A DNA stretch of 64,000 bases from Neovahlkampfia damariscottae (Eukaryota): the NCBI GenBank assembly GCA_016618085.1, contig JABLTG010000003.1:62001-126000 (forward strand), in the 5' to 3' direction. Position 1 is the first letter of the stretch. Each line of letters begins with the position of its first letter. The translations under genes were made by a program, and so were the position numbers. Shown one piece after another: positions 61,488 to 64,000 of the stretch. The notes below the pieces were generated by a model. It was not told where the DNA came from, made no database searches, and saw nothing but the letters and a program-made list of their open reading frames with translations.

Positions 61488-63077
61488 TTATTGTTTTTTC
61501 TTTTTATAAATCATGTCAAATAAATTTCTTTTTTCTGACACTAAATTAATAATTTCAATCTTATCATCTTTTTCAATTAACACACTATTTTTGCGTTTTT
61601 TTGAAACAAATGTTACCACTTCTTCTTCTTCTTCAGATTCATTTTCTGAAACATCTTCATTTTCTTCTTCATTTTCATCATCTTTCTCTTCTTCACTTGA
61701 TTCAATTTTTTTAAATTTTTTTTTCGAATTTTTCAATTTTTTTTCTTTCTCGTTTTGTGAATTATCTGATAAGTCATATGAACTTTTTTGACTATCAAAA
61801 GAAGATAATGTTTCTTCATCAGATTTTAAATATTTATCAATCAAAGTTGAATTAACTTTTTGTTTCTTTGAAATTCCAATCTTCATTAAACTATTATTCA
61901 AAAATGGACTTTTAACTTTCTGAGGAACAGTCTCTACCACTTCATCTTTTCCATCAAATAGTTTGAATGAAATTGGATCCATTTTTCCTTTACAAATTGA
62001 AAGATAAACTTTTGGTGATAACACAGGTCCCAAAAAAGTTAAATTTTCCGAATTATTCGAAATCTCTTTTGGAAGTTCATTCAAAGTTATCAATTTTTGA
62101 TTTTTAATATCAAAAACTCTTTGATGTCTAAATGTCAATTCAGCTTTAATAAAATTTTTTTTATAATTTTTAGGAATAGAAGAAGCATCAAATACTTTTT
62201 CCAATTGTTCAAAAATAGAATCAATTGATTTATAATCTCTAACAATTTTATAAGCATTAACAATACCAATTCCAGGTAAAGAATCTAAATAATCACAACC
62301 TGATAAAACACACATTCTAATTAGCATATCATGTGTAAAATTAACAAAACTGAGATCAGTATTCAATCCTAGATTTCTCAAAATAACTTCTTCACCATTT
62401 CCATATTTATCCATTTTATATAATGTTCTAGGGCACTCATAAGGAATCAAATCAGAATCTTCAGTGATAATTGCGTGAACTAAACAATAAATTAATTTTT
62501 TGTTATTTTTTACCATAGTTTGTTCGACAGAGGAATGCTAATTGAGCATCTGCTTCATATGGAGAAACTACATATTCAACTTTCAATTCATCCAATTTTT
62601 TCATTAATTCTTTTGCCATTTTTGGTGTAACATCAACTGCTTTTTTGAAACAATCTTGAGCTCCTTTTAAGTTTCCATTTCTCAATAACATAATTCCTTC
62701 ATCTTGATTTCTTTGTCTTGATTCTCTTCTTTCAATTTCTTTTTCTTTTTTAGAAGGTAAATAACCACCATCTATTCATCAAATTGAAAATTAAAAAAAA
62801 AAAAATAATGAACCAAAAACGATAACAGGTATGATTTTATGGTATAATAACATTTTTACCATATTGACACAATATGTTAAATACCTTGTATTTTTTAGTT
62901 TTCAGTTTTGTTTTACTTGTCTGTTGGTATATTTTGGACTAATTCTTGACAACAACTTAAAACACCTCTATGGAGCCATACATAAGCATCTACACCAACT
63001 TTTTTATTTGAATACTCTTTTATATGTTTCTTTTCTATTATGCTTTTCAGTTTTGGCAGTAATCCATTAATACCCAT
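61488..63077 (-). CDS. EXO1: Exonuclease 1 (XPG/RAD2 family)
   Basis: MGINGLLP...VGVDAYVWLHRG, SPYEADAQLAFL, ITEDSDL, CVLSGCDYLDSLPGIG, FRHQRVFD. Confidence 0.93.
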
Positions 63078-63156
63078 GATTCGTCTTCAGAGGTTTGGTT
63101 TAGTTTGGACCAATGAAATGGAATTCGTGACAATTGGCGAAATAAAACATGAGTGT

Positions 63157-64000
63157 TTATTTAGATTTTTTTTTCTTTTTTCTTTTGGTGAGTGATTTTG
63201 ATGAATTTGGAATTTCTTCTTTTTCATTTGTTGATTTTTCTTCGGTTTCTAAAATTGGAGATGAAATCTCATTTTCATTTGTTGATTCAATTATTGATTC
63301 AAATTTAGATAAATCTTCATTTTTGTCAATACCTGAATCTTGTATTTCTTGATTGTTTAATTCAATTTTCTCTTCATCTTTATCATCTTCGATTTCAAAG
63401 TGTTCAACAATCTCTTCTTCGATATTTTCATCTTCATTTTCTTCTTCAGAGTTTTGAGAAATGAAAATTGTTCCAAAACAAAACAAAATTAAAATTGTCT
63501 CAAAAAGGAATATCAAAAATAAACTAATGGTAATTACAGAAGTTCTATAATGATAAATATAATATCTCCAACCCCCTATTTCTCCAAAAAAATCAATATT
63601 TGAATTATATAAATGAATGTTTGTGTTCATTAAAGAAACACGAATAGTATCTGCTTGTTTGATCTGATAATGAAAAATTAAAAATTGAATATAAATACTT
63701 TTTGATTTAAATCATTTAAAATGAATTCATCTTTTGATATGATCATTTCAATAAAATGATTTTGCTTCTCGGAAATTAAATTTGAAATCAATAGGAAAAT
63801 GTTCAAAGATTTCCAAATTAATTTGACAAAATAACTTTGATAACTTAATGTACACTAAATTGACTGTTTTAGAATTCTTTTTTTTTTTTTTTACACTTCT
63901 TTTGGAGATAAAAATTGATGTTGAATTTTTTAACAATTCAAACTTTGTCATAAACATTCCAATTTTCAAATTATGAGGTGATTCAGGGATTTCAAATGAC
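63157..64000 (-). CDS. BSCL2: Seipin (5'-partial; runs off the window)
   Basis: FEIPESPHNLKIGMFM and IHLYNSNIDF..EIGGWRYYIYHY followed by a TM helix and acidic tail. Confidence 0.75.

Noticed and set aside
1150..63352. Many 60-150-aa ORFs antisense to or overlapping real genes (e.g. 1150-1461, 14706-15143, 26834-27274, 61513-61791)
   Set aside because: Shadow frames of AT-rich coding sequence, Phe/Ser-rich, with no motifs.
1..64000. Alternative genetic code or stop read-through to explain fragmented ORFs
   Set aside because: Breaks in conserved genes resolve with short GT-AG introns, and conserved proteins end at TAA or TGA where expected.
1..64000. Prokaryotic operons, CRISPR arrays, rRNA or tRNA genes
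   Set aside because: The genes are eukaryotic with spliceosomal introns. I saw no regularly spaced repeat-spacer array and no recognisable structural RNA, though tRNAs and snoRNAs could be missed by eye.

Overview
AT-rich, very compact eukaryotic (protist) nuclear DNA in the standard genetic code, with tiny GT-AG introns of about 28-40 nt. The gene content (RCC1/EGF giant surface protein, TM-RGS proteins, DUF4116) suggests a Naegleria-like heterolobosean; this is an inference. About 27 intact host genes can be reconstructed: a >5000-aa RCC1/EGF/Ig-IPT/multi-TM surface protein (5'-partial), two tandem DOMON-like/7TM-RGS genes, PUB, PPP4R3/SMEK, RPS20, OSTC, DUF4116, DUF3592, RMDN, importin-13/transportin-3-like, C2, SLC35B1-like, an AIG1-like GTPase, JmjC, YAE1-like, GTF2H2, a TALE homeobox, TM2D3, mARC, a DOCK GEF, EXO1 and seipin (partial). 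Between about 39.6 and 50.1 kb this order breaks down into an island of decayed DNA. An SLC13 transporter gene is split by a ~2.55-kb insert. The insert carries a GC-richer, intronless, frameshifted permuted-papain-type protease gene that resembles genes of Polinton-like viruses/virophages. Further gene fragments, a 45-bp direct repeat and a ~2-kb extremely AT-rich relic follow. Window-wide patterns: a CCAAT box lies within ~65 nt of 24 of 25 visible start codons, AATAAA often overlaps the stop codon, 12 introns sit at the same position of successive RCC1 repeats, and microexons go down to 6 nt. All family assignments come from motif recognition by eye, not from database searches.
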